Origin: Leptolyngbyaceae cyanobacterium
GTDB taxonomy: Bacteria; Cyanobacteriota; Cyanobacteriia; Phormidesmidales; Phormidesmidaceae
Assembly: GCA_965263355.1 (NCBI GenBank)
Contig: CBDHHL010000032.1
Span: forward strand, 2,752,001-2,816,000
DNA: 64,000 nt
Reading direction: 5' to 3'
A program made the position numbers and the translations under genes. Below are positions 49,329 to 60,049 of the stretch, in pieces (positions within the stretch are counted from its first letter, which is position 1; every line of letters starts with the position of its first letter). The notes beneath the pieces were generated by a model. It had not been told where the DNA came from. It worked only from the letters and a program-made list of their open reading frames with translations, and did not search any database.

Positions 49329-51089
49329 CTACATGCGCTCTAACACCGAAATCCCAAGTAGGGAAAGGCCTAACTTGAGCGTGCGTGCGGTTAAATCACA
49401 TAGCATCAGCCGTGAGGTCCGCTGAGGTTCATCTGCCTGCAGCACTGAGCAACGGTCGTAGAACTGGTTAAACTTTTGGCTGAGTTCAAACAGATATTGA
49501 CACAGGCGATTAGGATATAAATCCCGTGCTACTTCCATCACAGTAGTATCCAATTCTAATAAATGCTTTGCCAGGGTCAATTCTGCATCATTCTCTAACA
49601 GAATAGGGGCATCCCCTAGCTGAGTAAAGTCAATGTCACCCTTGCGGCTAATGCCCTGCACCCGCACATAGGCATACAGCATGTAAGGGGCTGTATTGCC
49701 TTGCAGAGCGAGCATTTTATCGAAGCTAAAAATATAATCACTGGTGCGATTTTGGCTCAAGTCGGCATATTTAACAGCACCCATGCCCACTGCCGTTGAA
49801 ACAGCCTGGATAAACTCTTGCGATTCATCTCGATTCTCATCCGTAATCCGCTGTTGCAAATCCTTTTCGGCACGATCTATAGCTTCATCTAACAAGTCCT
49901 TTAGTTTAATCGTCTCACCAGAACGTGTCTTGAGCTTTTTACCATCTTCTCCTTTGACAAGACCAAAGGGAACATGGACCAGTTCCACCCCATCGGGCAC
50001 CCAATGGGCTCGATTCGCCACCTGAAATACTTGGGCAAAGTGGTTAGCCTGCCCCGCATCAGTAATATAGATCACTCGCTTAGCCTTTTCATCAATGGTG
50101 CGCTGACGGATGGCAGCGAGATCAGTGGTGGCATAGTTAAAGCCGCCGTCAGATTTTTGTACAATCAATGGCTGCGGATCGCCATCTTTGTTAGTAAATC
50201 CTTCTAGGAAAACAACTTGAGCACCCTGATCTTCTTCTAATAACTCTAGCGTTTTGAGATCGTTGACAACAGCTTCTAAAAGAGGATTATAAAAAGATTC
50301 TCCCCGTTCTTCGATGGTAATATCCAACCGATCATAGATTTTCTGAAATTCTTGACGAGATTGGTTACAGAGCACTTGCCACGCAAGACGGGCCGTCTCT
50401 TCGCCTGACTGTAGGTCAACAACGGCTTCACGGGATGTGGTTTTGAAGTCTTCGTCCTCGTCAAACCGTTTTTTGGCCTGTTTGTAAAAGGTAACCAGAT
50501 CACCAATATCCACCGTTGATGCCTCGGTCATGGCCTCAGGACAGACATCTCGCAAATGGGTAATCAGCATGCCAAACTGGGTACCCCAATCACCGACGTG
50601 GTTTAACCGTAGTACGTCATGGCCCAAAAACTCTAGGGTGCGGGCAATGGACTCACCAATAATGGTGGAACGCAGGTGCCCCACATGCATTTCTTTGGCG
50701 ATGTTGGGACTGGAAAAATCGACGATGGTACGCTGGGTCGGATTAGCCACAGGAACTCCCAGCCGTTCATCGGCATAAACGGCTTTGAGCTGGGCTTGCA
50801 GATAGTCGGTTTTGAATTTGAGGTTGATAAAGCCAGGGCCAGCGATTTGGGGTGCTTCGCAGAGGTCTTCGATGGTCAGGTTTTCGACGATTTTGGTTGC
50901 GATCGCCCTTGGCTTATCCTTCAGTTGCTTAGCCAACGACATCGCTACATTCGCCTGATAGTCGCCAAACTTAGGATTATTCGTTGGCACCAATACCGGG
51001 TCTGTGCCCTCCAAATCAGGGCCAAATGCATTTACAAGGGCCGTTTGCAGGCGCTGTTTTAGATCATCGAGGGTGGATAACATGGACAC
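49329..51089 (-). CDS. argS: Arginyl-tRNA synthetase
   Basis: [34 protein letters not shown] and C-terminal ERM. Confidence 0.97.
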   Translation of the reverse strand: MSMLSTLDDLKQRLQTALVNAFGPDLEGTDPVLVPTNNPKFGDYQANVAMSLAKQLKDKPRAIATKIVENLTIEDLCEAPQIAGPGFINLKFKTDYLQAQLKAVYADERLGVPVANPTQRTIVDFSSPNIAKEMHVGHLRSTIIGESIARTLEFLGHDVLRLNHVGDWGTQFGMLITHLRDVCPEAMTEASTVDIGDLVTFYKQAKKRFDEDEDFKTTSREAVVDLQSGEETARLAWQVLCNQSRQEFQKIYDRLDITIEERGESFYNPLLEAVVNDLKTLELLEEDQGAQVVFLEGFTNKDGDPQPLIVQKSDGGFNYATTDLAAIRQRTIDEKAKRVIYITDAGQANHFAQVFQVANRAHWVPDGVELVHVPFGLVKGEDGKKLKTRSGETIKLKDLLDEAIDRAEKDLQQRITDENRDESQEFIQAVSTAVGMGAVKYADLSQNRTSDYIFSFDKMLALQGNTAPYMLYAYVRVQGISRKGDIDFTQLGDAPILLENDAELTLAKHLLELDTTVMEVARDLYPNRLCQYLFELSQKFNQFYDRCSVLQADEPQRTSRLMLCDLTARTLKLGLSLLGISVLERM

Positions 51090-51255
51090 CGACTCACAAT
51101 AAGCAACCTATAGCCTATCAAGTCCTCTTACAGATTGCGCTACATCGTTTGCCAGTAGGCACAAAAAACTGTGGCCTATGGCTCATTGTTAGGTTTGGGT
51201 ATATGGCCTTCCCTAAAATATAGGAGGTCATTGCCTGAAAAGCGCACATGTCCCC

Positions 51256-52689
51256 ATGCCCCAATCAATTTTCAGTGAGTTCCCCATGGCTATGTTTTCT
51301 GGTTTTCCCTATTTAGCTCGCTTAGGTGTGAGTACCCTGACAGCCAGCACGCTGACTGTGACCAGTTGGCTCTCAATCGCCGCTATCGATATTTGTGGAT
51401 CGATGGCTCTGGCAAATTCTGGCATCCTGATCAGCCGTGATCATGAGCGATTTGGTCGGGATGGTCGCGACGGTCGGGATGGAGGCATTGGTCGAGATGG
51501 TCAAGATGGCGCTAACCAAACCATTCAGGCAACGGGGCAATCTATCCAGCTGAACCTGTCCGGTACCGATGGCGAAGATGGTGACTCCGGTGAAGATGCG
51601 GAATGGTTTCGCTGTCGCCGCCAGCCCTACGATGTTCGTCATGATTTAGACGCAGCAGATGGGGGTGATGGGGGTGACGGGGGAAATGGCGGTGACGGGG
51701 GGAATGGGGGTACCTTGACGATTCATTACACCAATCCCAGTGATCTGCGACAAATTTTAGTCTCTGCTACAGGCGGTCAGGGGGGGCGTGGAGGGCGTGG
51801 GGGTAAAGGAGTCGATGGCTGTGAATGCGATGATCGCCGTTGGACAGTCGAGGTCTGCAGAGATGGTACCTGTCGTCTGGAAGAATACGAATGTGACGAT
51901 GGGGACGATGGGGACGATGGCAGTAATGGTCGCAATGGCACACCAGGCAGCCTTGGCAAATTAGTGCTAATTAATCAACTGGAACCCTTGCCATCAGAAG
52001 CTCCTAGCCAGTCACGTTCAGTCGCCAGTTTGGCGGATGAAACCATTATGCTGTCACGGAACCTGTGGGAGACCCGCAGTGGTGCAACGGGGTTACTCGC
52101 CCCTGGGTCCACCATTGATAATAGCTATCAAGCCTACACTGGACATATTGAAAGGCAATTTACCCTTGATTGGCAGGCTCCCCAAGCGGCCCAGGAATTC
52201 ACGGACTTAATTGCCTTAGAACTGCAGCCCAATCGTCAAATTAGTATCAATTTCCCTGAAACCTATTGGTTATTAGGAGAAACGGTAGAACAAGATGCCC
52301 TGACCACCTATCGAGTAGATGGCATTGTGCCAGTAGCGGAAGTGACTCAGCTGGCGGTGGGGCGTGTGGATGGTCGCAGTCGTACGTTTGAAGTAAATGT
52401 GGTCGATCTGGCGCAGCGCTCAGATGTGATTGATACTCGATTTGAAGTACGCTACAGCACATCCAGTGATGATGGCCGCCGTCGTCGCTATGATTTGGAA
52501 TATGAGGGACCTATTCCAACTGATTTAATTCAACAAGATCATGATCGGTTTACGTTATCTCTCGGACGGTTACCAATTCGCTCACAGTTGCTCAGCGGGG
52601 GTACTCAGGCCCAAGTTGAGCTGAAAATTATCCGTTCCTATGGCCATAATTCAGCGGAACAAACATTAACCTGGCAAGGAGAAATCTAA
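51256..52689 (+). CDS. Collagen-like (Gly-X-Y) repeat protein with Cys-rich insert
   Basis: GRDGRDGRDG, GGDGGDGGN and GDDGDDG blocks; CECDD...C...C...C. Confidence 0.8.
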   Translation: MPQSIFSEFPMAMFSGFPYLARLGVSTLTASTLTVTSWLSIAAIDICGSMALANSGILISRDHERFGRDGRDGRDGGIGRDGQDGANQTIQATGQSIQLNLSGTDGEDGDSGEDAEWFRCRRQPYDVRHDLDAADGGDGGDGGNGGDGGNGGTLTIHYTNPSDLRQILVSATGGQGGRGGRGGKGVDGCECDDRRWTVEVCRDGTCRLEEYECDDGDDGDDGSNGRNGTPGSLGKLVLINQLEPLPSEAPSQSRSVASLADETIMLSRNLWETRSGATGLLAPGSTIDNSYQAYTGHIERQFTLDWQAPQAAQEFTDLIALELQPNRQISINFPETYWLLGETVEQDALTTYRVDGIVPVAEVTQLAVGRVDGRSRTFEVNVVDLAQRSDVIDTRFEVRYSTSSDDGRRRRYDLEYEGPIPTDLIQQDHDRFTLSLGRLPIRSQLLSGGTQAQVELKIIRSYGHNSAEQTLTWQGEI

Positions 52690-52740
52690 ATAACCGGGAT
52701 AGCTCAATCTCTTGGAATAGTAGATTCAGAACCATAGGAA

Positions 52741-52770
52741 AGCGATGCAGAAGGAAGCTACTGCATCGCT
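52741..52770. terminator. Hairpin between convergent genes
   Basis: AGCGATGCAG-N10-CTGCATCGCT. Confidence 0.5.
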
Positions 52771-52900
52771 GAAAAATTTAACAAAGAGAAAACACAAATT
52801 TGTCCCTATATTCTCCTTACTAAAGTTCAGTTCAGTTAGTTCAATGGAAGCAACAAGATTTACCTCCATTAAACTGAACCATTGATAGAGAACAGAAAAC

Positions 52901-55900
52901 CTACCCAGCTACCTGGAAGTAAACATCCACCATGTCAATGGTGCTACCATGGCGCTTCGCAGTACTATGCTCACCGTGGACGTTGCCCTGAGCGTCAGCA
53001 CTAAATACGTTGGTGTAGTCAGTGCTCAGGTCAGTGATACCAGCGGATGTGAGGCTAGTTAGCTCACCTTCGTCAGTGAAGCCGTTCTCGTTAGAGTCTT
53101 GCCATAGACGAATCTCAGTAAACATGTCATCGGCTTCGTTGACCAGACCATCGCCATTGGAGTCAAAGGACTCAAGCTTAGCGAAACCAGCCCCGACAGT
53201 AGCACCACCGAACAGTTCAGCGCGGGAGGAGATGAGCCCATCACCATTGTTGTCAATGGCGAGGAATGCATCTTCACCGGAGAGCCATCCAGTATTGATA
53301 GCTGTGCCAGTGTTGCGCATGTCAAACATAACGCCTTCATCAATACTCAGGGTTTGAATGCCATCCCCATTAAGGTCGAAAGCTATGGGAGTTAGAGCGG
53401 TACCAATGGTGTTATTAATTTCACCTGCGTTTAGATTGAAAACACCGGTGCGCTGAGCAACTTTGGTACTAGTGCCCGAAATGATATCGGAATCTCTAGC
53501 ATCATCAGTGCCAGCATTGAACACGCTGGTAAAGGACCACCCTCTTTGTCCCGCAACTCCTGAAAATTGAGCGGTTCCATCTAATCGAGCCTTAGTGGTC
53601 AGATTAGTGGAGGCATCAAATTCAACATAGTAGGAGCCAGCCTTAACATTATCAAAGTTATAGAATCCAGATGTCCCAGTCAGAGTAGAATCCATTAGCT
53701 CACCACTTTGGGTGAAGAGGTTAACTAAGACATTAGAGAACCCCCCGGCTTCATAGTTGAGGTCGGCAGTATTTTGGATGCCATCATTACGATGACGGTC
53801 ATGCCACACTTGACCACCGACAGTCCCTAGCTTTTCAACAATTCCAGCGTCAATGGTAGAGTTGTGCTCACCAGGCTGTAGTGTAACAATCTGGCTCATA
53901 CCATTAGTAAGATTGGCATCAGAGTCAAGGGCATCGTTACCAATATTCTGTTGAGTAAACTCAAATGTAGATTCGGTCTCTACATCAAATTCAATACCGA
54001 ACTGATAATCCCGCTTGAGATGGGTCAACGTCCTGTAACCGGCTCTAGGAGAAGAGCCAATTTCAACTCCGCCAGCATGGTGCGCGTGCCATCCACCGGA
54101 GTACCAAATCTCATCGCCGCCATAGGTGAATCTAATGGCAGAATGCTGACTACCGGAGCCATCAGCATTGGCATCGATAAAGCCAATGGCCAATTTTTGA
54201 CCCGCCTCAAGGGTGACAGAAGGTGTACGACCATCAGCAAAGGCGAAGCTGTTCTGGCCTAACTGGTAGTTGGTCCGAGTAGTCCCTACTTCAAGGACAG
54301 TAAAGTCATTGTCGCCATTGACCAGAGCCACAAAGGGAGTGACAGGAGCCCCTGTTTTGCCAGCATTGAAATTGAAAGAGCTGAGGTCAATGGTCTGAGT
54401 TAAACCGGACTGGTTGGTATAGATATCGGCTTCGTTGACCACCATGTTGGACCGCCATCCATCAGTAACCCCACCACCTTTGAGTTCATTGCCCACTTGC
54501 CTCTGAGTGGGATGTTCATGGGAGTCACAGGTAACTAGTTGAACGTCATCAAGGAACGCCCCTAGACCATCAGAACGTCCAGCACCCCGAAATTCTAATC
54601 CAGTGGTAGCTTGATCACTACCTTCTACTTCGTAAGTGTAGGTTTTCCAACGGCTTTCGCGATGGCCAATGCCACTCTCTGAAATAGTATCAATGAGTTC
54701 ACCATTCCAGTACACTTCAATGGTGTTAGACCCAGCGCTTACCCCAGGACGACCCGCATAGGCAAAGGACAATTCGTAGGTTTGGCCAGTTTGAGTATCA
54801 ATCTCCTGACGGATGCCTGTATTTTCATAGCCATCCATTTCAACCCAAGATTGTCCTTCATCACCAGCACCAAAGTACTGATAAAGTTCTTGAACTTCGA
54901 TTCCTCGTCCCTGGGTAACTTGCCAGCCATCGAGACCAGACTCCACACGCCAGCGGTTCTGAGCTGTGTTATTTCGTTCGAAGCTACCATTCTGCACCAG
55001 GTTAGTAATTCCTTTGGCTTGAGGTAGACCGAAAGTGACTTTATATTCTTCGCCAGGATTAAGCTCATCGAAGCGGTAGTTGCCATTGGCATCGGTGATA
55101 GTTTCAGTAGTGGTGTCATCGTTACCAGTACCGATCACACCATCTGCACCACCGCCAGTTAGGGTAACCTTGACGCCTTCGACGCCCTGCTCACCAGTAT
55201 CTTGAATACCATCACCGTCAGTGTCATACCAGACACGATCGCCCAGGCTAGCGATCGCAGACTTAAAGAAGCCAGCATCCAACCGATCGTCAAAGTCCCC
55301 AGGCGCTAGGGTAATCACATTAGACATCAAACCAGCCCCTGCATCAGAATCGAAAGAGCTATCGAAACCGGCCTGAAAGGGGCTCACACCGTCAAACCCA
55401 TCGGGCTGAGTAAACATCACCCGGTAGTCGCCTTGAGTCAACCCAGTGAACTCATAGAAGCCATTTCCATCAGTGGTTGTGGTGTCCAACACATCATCAA
55501 CTTGACCATCGTTGTCAGTGTCGGCCAGCAGTTTCACCTCGACACCGGCAATTCCTTGCTCACCTGCATCTTGAATACCGTCAGCGTTGGTATCTTCAAA
55601 GACAAAGTTACCCAACCCAGCGGGTCTTACAATGCCTGCATCGAGAGTATCGTTGAAGTCGCCATCCTGGATAAAGACAGTTTGCGTGATCCCGTTTCGA
55701 CCCGCGTCAGAATCCAGCGCATCATCGCCACCTGCATTGGCTGTTGTAAAGACAAACCCCTCAGGGGCAACAAACATCACCTGATACTCACCGGGAGTGA
55801 GGTTAAAGAATGCGTAAGCACCCTGATTATCAGTGGTGGTTGTGATGGGGTTACCGTCATTATCAAGGGCAGCAGACCCATCAGGATTTAGCAATTTAAC

Positions 55901-57376
55901 AACAACGCCTTCTACACCTGCTTCATCAGCATCTTGAATACCATTGGCGTTATCGTCAAAGAAGACAAAATCACCTAAACCAGGGGTTCTTTGGTAGAAA
56001 CCAGCATCCAGCCGCTCGTCAAAGTCTCCTGGCGCTAAGGTGACCACATTAGACACTAGATTGTTGTCAGGATTTGCATCCGAATCTAGAGAGTTATCAA
56101 AGCCTGCCTGGAAGGGACTGACACTGTCAAACCCATCGGGCTGAGTAAACATCACTCGATAGTCACCTTGGGTTAAGCCAGTGAACTCATAGAAACCATC
56201 GGCATCTGTGGTGGTGGTCTTAACGACATCATCAACTTGACCGTCATTATCAGTGTCGGCCAGAAGCTTTACTTCAACACCTGCAATTCCCTGTTCGCCA
56301 GCATCTTGTTCTCCATTGGCATTGGTATCTTCAAAGACAAAGTTACCCAAGCCAGCCGATCTCACCAAACCTGCATCCAGGGTGCCATTAAATACATCAT
56401 CAGCTGCCATGACGATGGTTTGAGTCATCCCATTAAAAGGGTTAGCATCGGAATCTAGGGTGTCATCATTACCCACATTGGCATTGGTGAAGGTAAATCC
56501 TGCCGGTGGGATGAACATGACCTTATATTCACCAGCGGGCACTGTGAAGGAGTAAGCTCCGTTACCATCAGTGGTAGTAGTAATGGGGTTACCATTGCCA
56601 TCAACCACAGCAGAGCCGTCAGCATTCAACAATTTAACAACGACATCGCCTGCACCAAACTCATCGGCATCTTGCACACCGTTAGCATTGCTATCGTAGA
56701 AGACATAGTCACCCAAGCCTTTAAGATCCACAGCCGCAAACTGGATCTGGGCATCGGGGGCACCGTCACCATCGTTGTCAGGAACAATGATTACACCAAC
56801 TTTCTGACCATAGGTGGGGACAAAGCCTTCACCATTGGCACGGGCAGCCGCGACAATCTCATCTACCCGTTCTTGTTCCCAATATTGTCCTTCTTCACCA
56901 ACGCCACCAGCGGTCGAGTTTTCATCATCAATCAATGTCCAAATGGCTCTTTGGATATCGGCCCAAGTATAGTTACCACCACTGGGAGACGTTTGAAAGG
57001 TAAAATCTTGATTGATAATCCAGTTAAGTAAATCCAGGTTTTCTGGCTTTTCAATCAGACCTTGACCAACTAATTCATCCGGTAGGGGATCGTAGCTAGA
57101 ATAAACCTTGGCAGTGTAGCTGCCCCCTACTTCGTTGGTATTGGCATCAATTTGGCCGTTGAAGTTTTCATCTACACCAAAATCAATGGCTCGATCTGAG
57201 TCGATGCAAAAGCCATCAAAGGTACCATTTAACACGCCACCATCTTCGATCACCAGATCAACATAGCTAGTATCATTCGGATCATTCGGATCGCTGTAGT
57301 GATTATGAATACGATTAACAGCTTTCAATGTTAACTGTTGTGGCAAAGCCGCACTTAGAGATTTGATAGGATCCAT
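52901..57376 (-). CDS. Large surface protein: putative thioester domain, SdrD-B repeats, DUF642-like domain, FrpC-like self-processing module
   Basis: FCID...IQRAIW; repeated LGDFVF.D.N.NG.QD...DAG; NLVQNGSFE; C-terminal PIAFDLNGDG...ELFG...WQD.N..G. Confidence 0.85.
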   Translation of the reverse strand: MDPIKSLSAALPQQLTLKAVNRIHNHYSDPNDPNDTSYVDLVIEDGGVLNGTFDGFCIDSDRAIDFGVDENFNGQIDANTNEVGGSYTAKVYSSYDPLPDELVGQGLIEKPENLDLLNWIINQDFTFQTSPSGGNYTWADIQRAIWTLIDDENSTAGGVGEEGQYWEQERVDEIVAAARANGEGFVPTYGQKVGVIIVPDNDGDGAPDAQIQFAAVDLKGLGDYVFYDSNANGVQDADEFGAGDVVVKLLNADGSAVVDGNGNPITTTTDGNGAYSFTVPAGEYKVMFIPPAGFTFTNANVGNDDTLDSDANPFNGMTQTIVMAADDVFNGTLDAGLVRSAGLGNFVFEDTNANGEQDAGEQGIAGVEVKLLADTDNDGQVDDVVKTTTTDADGFYEFTGLTQGDYRVMFTQPDGFDSVSPFQAGFDNSLDSDANPDNNLVSNVVTLAPGDFDERLDAGFYQRTPGLGDFVFFDDNANGIQDADEAGVEGVVVKLLNPDGSAALDNDGNPITTTTDNQGAYAFFNLTPGEYQVMFVAPEGFVFTTANAGGDDALDSDAGRNGITQTVFIQDGDFNDTLDAGIVRPAGLGNFVFEDTNADGIQDAGEQGIAGVEVKLLADTDNDGQVDDVLDTTTTDGNGFYEFTGLTQGDYRVMFTQPDGFDGVSPFQAGFDSSFDSDAGAGLMSNVITLAPGDFDDRLDAGFFKSAIASLGDRVWYDTDGDGIQDTGEQGVEGVKVTLTGGGADGVIGTGNDDTTTETITDANGNYRFDELNPGEEYKVTFGLPQAKGITNLVQNGSFERNNTAQNRWRVESGLDGWQVTQGRGIEVQELYQYFGAGDEGQSWVEMDGYENTGIRQEIDTQTGQTYELSFAYAGRPGVSAGSNTIEVYWNGELIDTISESGIGHRESRWKTYTYEVEGSDQATTGLEFRGAGRSDGLGAFLDDVQLVTCDSHEHPTQRQVGNELKGGGVTDGWRSNMVVNEADIYTNQSGLTQTIDLSSFNFNAGKTGAPVTPFVALVNGDNDFTVLEVGTTRTNYQLGQNSFAFADGRTPSVTLEAGQKLAIGFIDANADGSGSQHSAIRFTYGGDEIWYSGGWHAHHAGGVEIGSSPRAGYRTLTHLKRDYQFGIEFDVETESTFEFTQQNIGNDALDSDANLTNGMSQIVTLQPGEHNSTIDAGIVEKLGTVGGQVWHDRHRNDGIQNTADLNYEAGGFSNVLVNLFTQSGELMDSTLTGTSGFYNFDNVKAGSYYVEFDASTNLTTKARLDGTAQFSGVAGQRGWSFTSVFNAGTDDARDSDIISGTSTKVAQRTGVFNLNAGEINNTIGTALTPIAFDLNGDGIQTLSIDEGVMFDMRNTGTAINTGWLSGEDAFLAIDNNGDGLISSRAELFGGATVGAGFAKLESFDSNGDGLVNEADDMFTEIRLWQDSNENGFTDEGELTSLTSAGITDLSTDYTNVFSADAQGNVHGEHSTAKRHGSTIDMVDVYFQVAG

Positions 57377-58298
57377 CGAAAATTGTGTTCCTTAGTGTGT
57401 TGAATCTAGTAAAAAGTGGTGAGCGGCATAACATTTTGGCAGGCAGTATCAACAACTGACTAATCAGTCAAAGGTGGATGCTCTGATTACAATGAATTCG
57501 ATGCAACCTACAAGGAGATGTGCCCAAGGAAATCAAACAGGCTGTAAGGGCTGAAGCCTAGTTGATTGCTTATAGTCTCTAGGCTCACTTAGAAACTGTT
57601 TTGGGAAATGACTACTGGTTATTCAGCAAGAAACAAGAACTGTACATTTGATATTGGAGTCCTGTACATGAGGAGCCTAAATTCAAGGAATAAATTGTTG
57701 ACATCCACTTCTTGCTTTTGTTGATACGCACTCAAAGTTACGTAGATATACCGCATTCACATTCTCAATATAGCTGTTGTGCGGATTCAAAACCATAAAT
57801 GAATTACAAAGTATAAGTGGTTCTTCTGTAAAACTAACAACTTAACTTGTTTTAGTCTGGTTAATTAGACGATCTATGCAATGGATGCTTTTCATACAAG
57901 GTTAAATCGTTGCTAAATAAGGCTTTTCACTGGCTCGGCAAGTTGTCAATTCAAATTAAAAAAAGATATTTAATGTTGTTGTATAAAAGTTGTCTTAGTA
58001 TTCTTAAGCAAAGTACCTGATAGGTTTAAGTATTTTTTGGGAGGACCCTACTGAAAACTTTCAATGTGTTGCTTCAGAGTGCGTAAAAAAACTAAGCTTA
58101 TTTGCGGAACATCCTAGATATTAAGAGCCAAGGGACTCACAGCTAAAGCAAGGGCCACCGATGAGCCTTTTCCCTTCTAATCCGAGGATCTGGTGTTTGG
58201 GCAGAACTCCCAATGCTTTGCTAAAGGATCCTTAAGAAGTATCCGACAGCAGTCTATTCTAAAAAGTCAAGGTTACCGAATACCATACCTTGAGGATA

Positions 58299-59534
58299 TC
58301 AGGCTTTCATGCCTTGCCCTGCTAGCCACCCCGTTGTCCAGGCACTCTGAAAGTTAAACCCTCCTGTAATGCCATCAATGTCAAGGATTTCCCCAGCAAA
58401 AAATACTCCCTTACATAAACGGCTCTCCATGGTTTTGAAGTTGATGTCTTTGAGGTGGACACCTCCACAGGTAACGAACTCATCTTTAAAGACACCTTTA
58501 CCTTGTAGTAAATAGTCTCCCTGACAGAGTTGTTGTGTAAGTTTATTGATGGATTTATTAGAAATTGTTGTCCATTGCGTTTGGGGTGCGATGTGAGATT
58601 GTTGTATAAAGTAAGTCCAGAGCCGTTTTGGAATGGGGGTAGGATTGTGATTTGAGATCGCTCGCTTACCGCCCTCCTCCCTTGCGCGTTGCAACATGGC
58701 CCTAACATCATCCTGACTCAGCTGCGGCAACCAATTAATAATTAACTGTCCTTGATACCCCTGTTCATAAAGACTACGAGCCCCCCAAGCTGAAAGCTTC
58801 AAAACGGCAGGACCGCTCAGCCCCCAGTGGGTTATTAAGACCGGTCCAGTTTGAGTGAGCGGTTTCTTTTGCCCTGACAGTTTGAGTTTTATCTCCACTG
58901 GATTCATGGACAGACCGCTACGTTGTCTCAAGGCCGCATCTTTAATAGTGAAGGTAAACAGGGAAGGCACCGGGGGCTCAATCCGATGGCCCAGGCTTTT
59001 GGCAATCCGGTGGCCTTGGGGGCTACTACCGGTAGCGAGGAGAATGCGATCGCACCCCACATCTCCATCTTTTAAACCAATGATGAACTCTGAGTCGGTT
59101 TTGCTCACATGCCTAACAGGAGACCGTGTTTTGATCGTCACCCCTGCTTTCACTGCAGTTTTCATCAGACAGTCCACAATGGTGGCAGAGTCATCGGTGA
59201 CGGGAAACATGCGTCCATCGGCTTCAACCTTAAGTTTGACACCGCGCTGCTGATACCAGGTAATCGTATCCTGGGGCTGAAATCGGGAAAACGCGCCCCG
59301 CAGTGCCTTGCCTCCACGGGGATAGTGTTGCACTAGCTGGGCCGGATCAAAACAATGGTGGGTGACATTGCAACGACCACCGCCGGAGATACGAACTTTG
59401 GCCAGACATTCGGGACCGGCTTCGTAGAGGGTTACAGTGGTTTGGGGGGTGGCAGCCGCGATCGCACCAAAAAAACCTGCTGCACCGCCGCCGATGACGA
59501 CTATTCGCCGATGGGTGGGGGAGTGAACGATCAA
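58299..59534 (-). CDS. HI0933/YhiN-family flavoprotein
   Basis: GGGAAG, KVRISGGGRCNVT, THWGLSGP and DGITGGFNFQ motifs. Confidence 0.92.
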   Translation of the reverse strand: MIVHSPTHRRIVVIGGGAAGFFGAIAAATPQTTVTLYEAGPECLAKVRISGGGRCNVTHHCFDPAQLVQHYPRGGKALRGAFSRFQPQDTITWYQQRGVKLKVEADGRMFPVTDDSATIVDCLMKTAVKAGVTIKTRSPVRHVSKTDSEFIIGLKDGDVGCDRILLATGSSPQGHRIAKSLGHRIEPPVPSLFTFTIKDAALRQRSGLSMNPVEIKLKLSGQKKPLTQTGPVLITHWGLSGPAVLKLSAWGARSLYEQGYQGQLIINWLPQLSQDDVRAMLQRAREEGGKRAISNHNPTPIPKRLWTYFIQQSHIAPQTQWTTISNKSINKLTQQLCQGDYLLQGKGVFKDEFVTCGGVHLKDINFKTMESRLCKGVFFAGEILDIDGITGGFNFQSAWTTGWLAGQGMKA

Positions 59535-60049
59535 AATTGATTCCTTTGAACGATGGTATGGCCAGAATGGAGGTTACGGCCATAGTGGGCCATTTTCAGG
59601 TATTGTCAGTAGCTTAAAGGAGATGAGTGTTGCCTCTCTTAAGTTAATGAGGCTCGAATGACTGGAGGATAACCATCAAAATTATTCCAGCTCACAAGAA
59701 AATTAATATTTTGTACTTTTATTAGCTTATATTAATGAATGTGAAGGCATCTAAGGTTTCTTTAGTAGAAGTCATTGATGCTAAATAGTGATGATTGCCT
59801 CGGCTGTCTAGGACTTTGAAGGTTCTGGGCAGCCAATTTCTTTGCCCAGGTATCGTTACAAAGATTTCTAATTATTGAGAAAGGTTACAAGTCTAGGGTC
59901 TGCGTACCTTCCGACTGCGCTCAAAGAAAATCAGGTTTTGCTCCAGATGCATCAGTCTTTACTCAAACTAAACTGGTCTGCGCTGTTATCCTGTTGGCTG
60001 AGCAAAGCCGAATATTGGCTAAGCAAAGCCGAAGTCAACCTTCTGCCCT

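Noticed and set aside
57377..58298. Long leader upstream of the surface protein as a riboswitch or ncRNA
   Set aside because: No recognisable consensus by eye; needs an Rfam search
59993..60033. 21-bp tandem repeat TTGGCT(G/A)AGCAAAGCCGAA upstream of yhcG
   Set aside because: Two copies only; no supportable function
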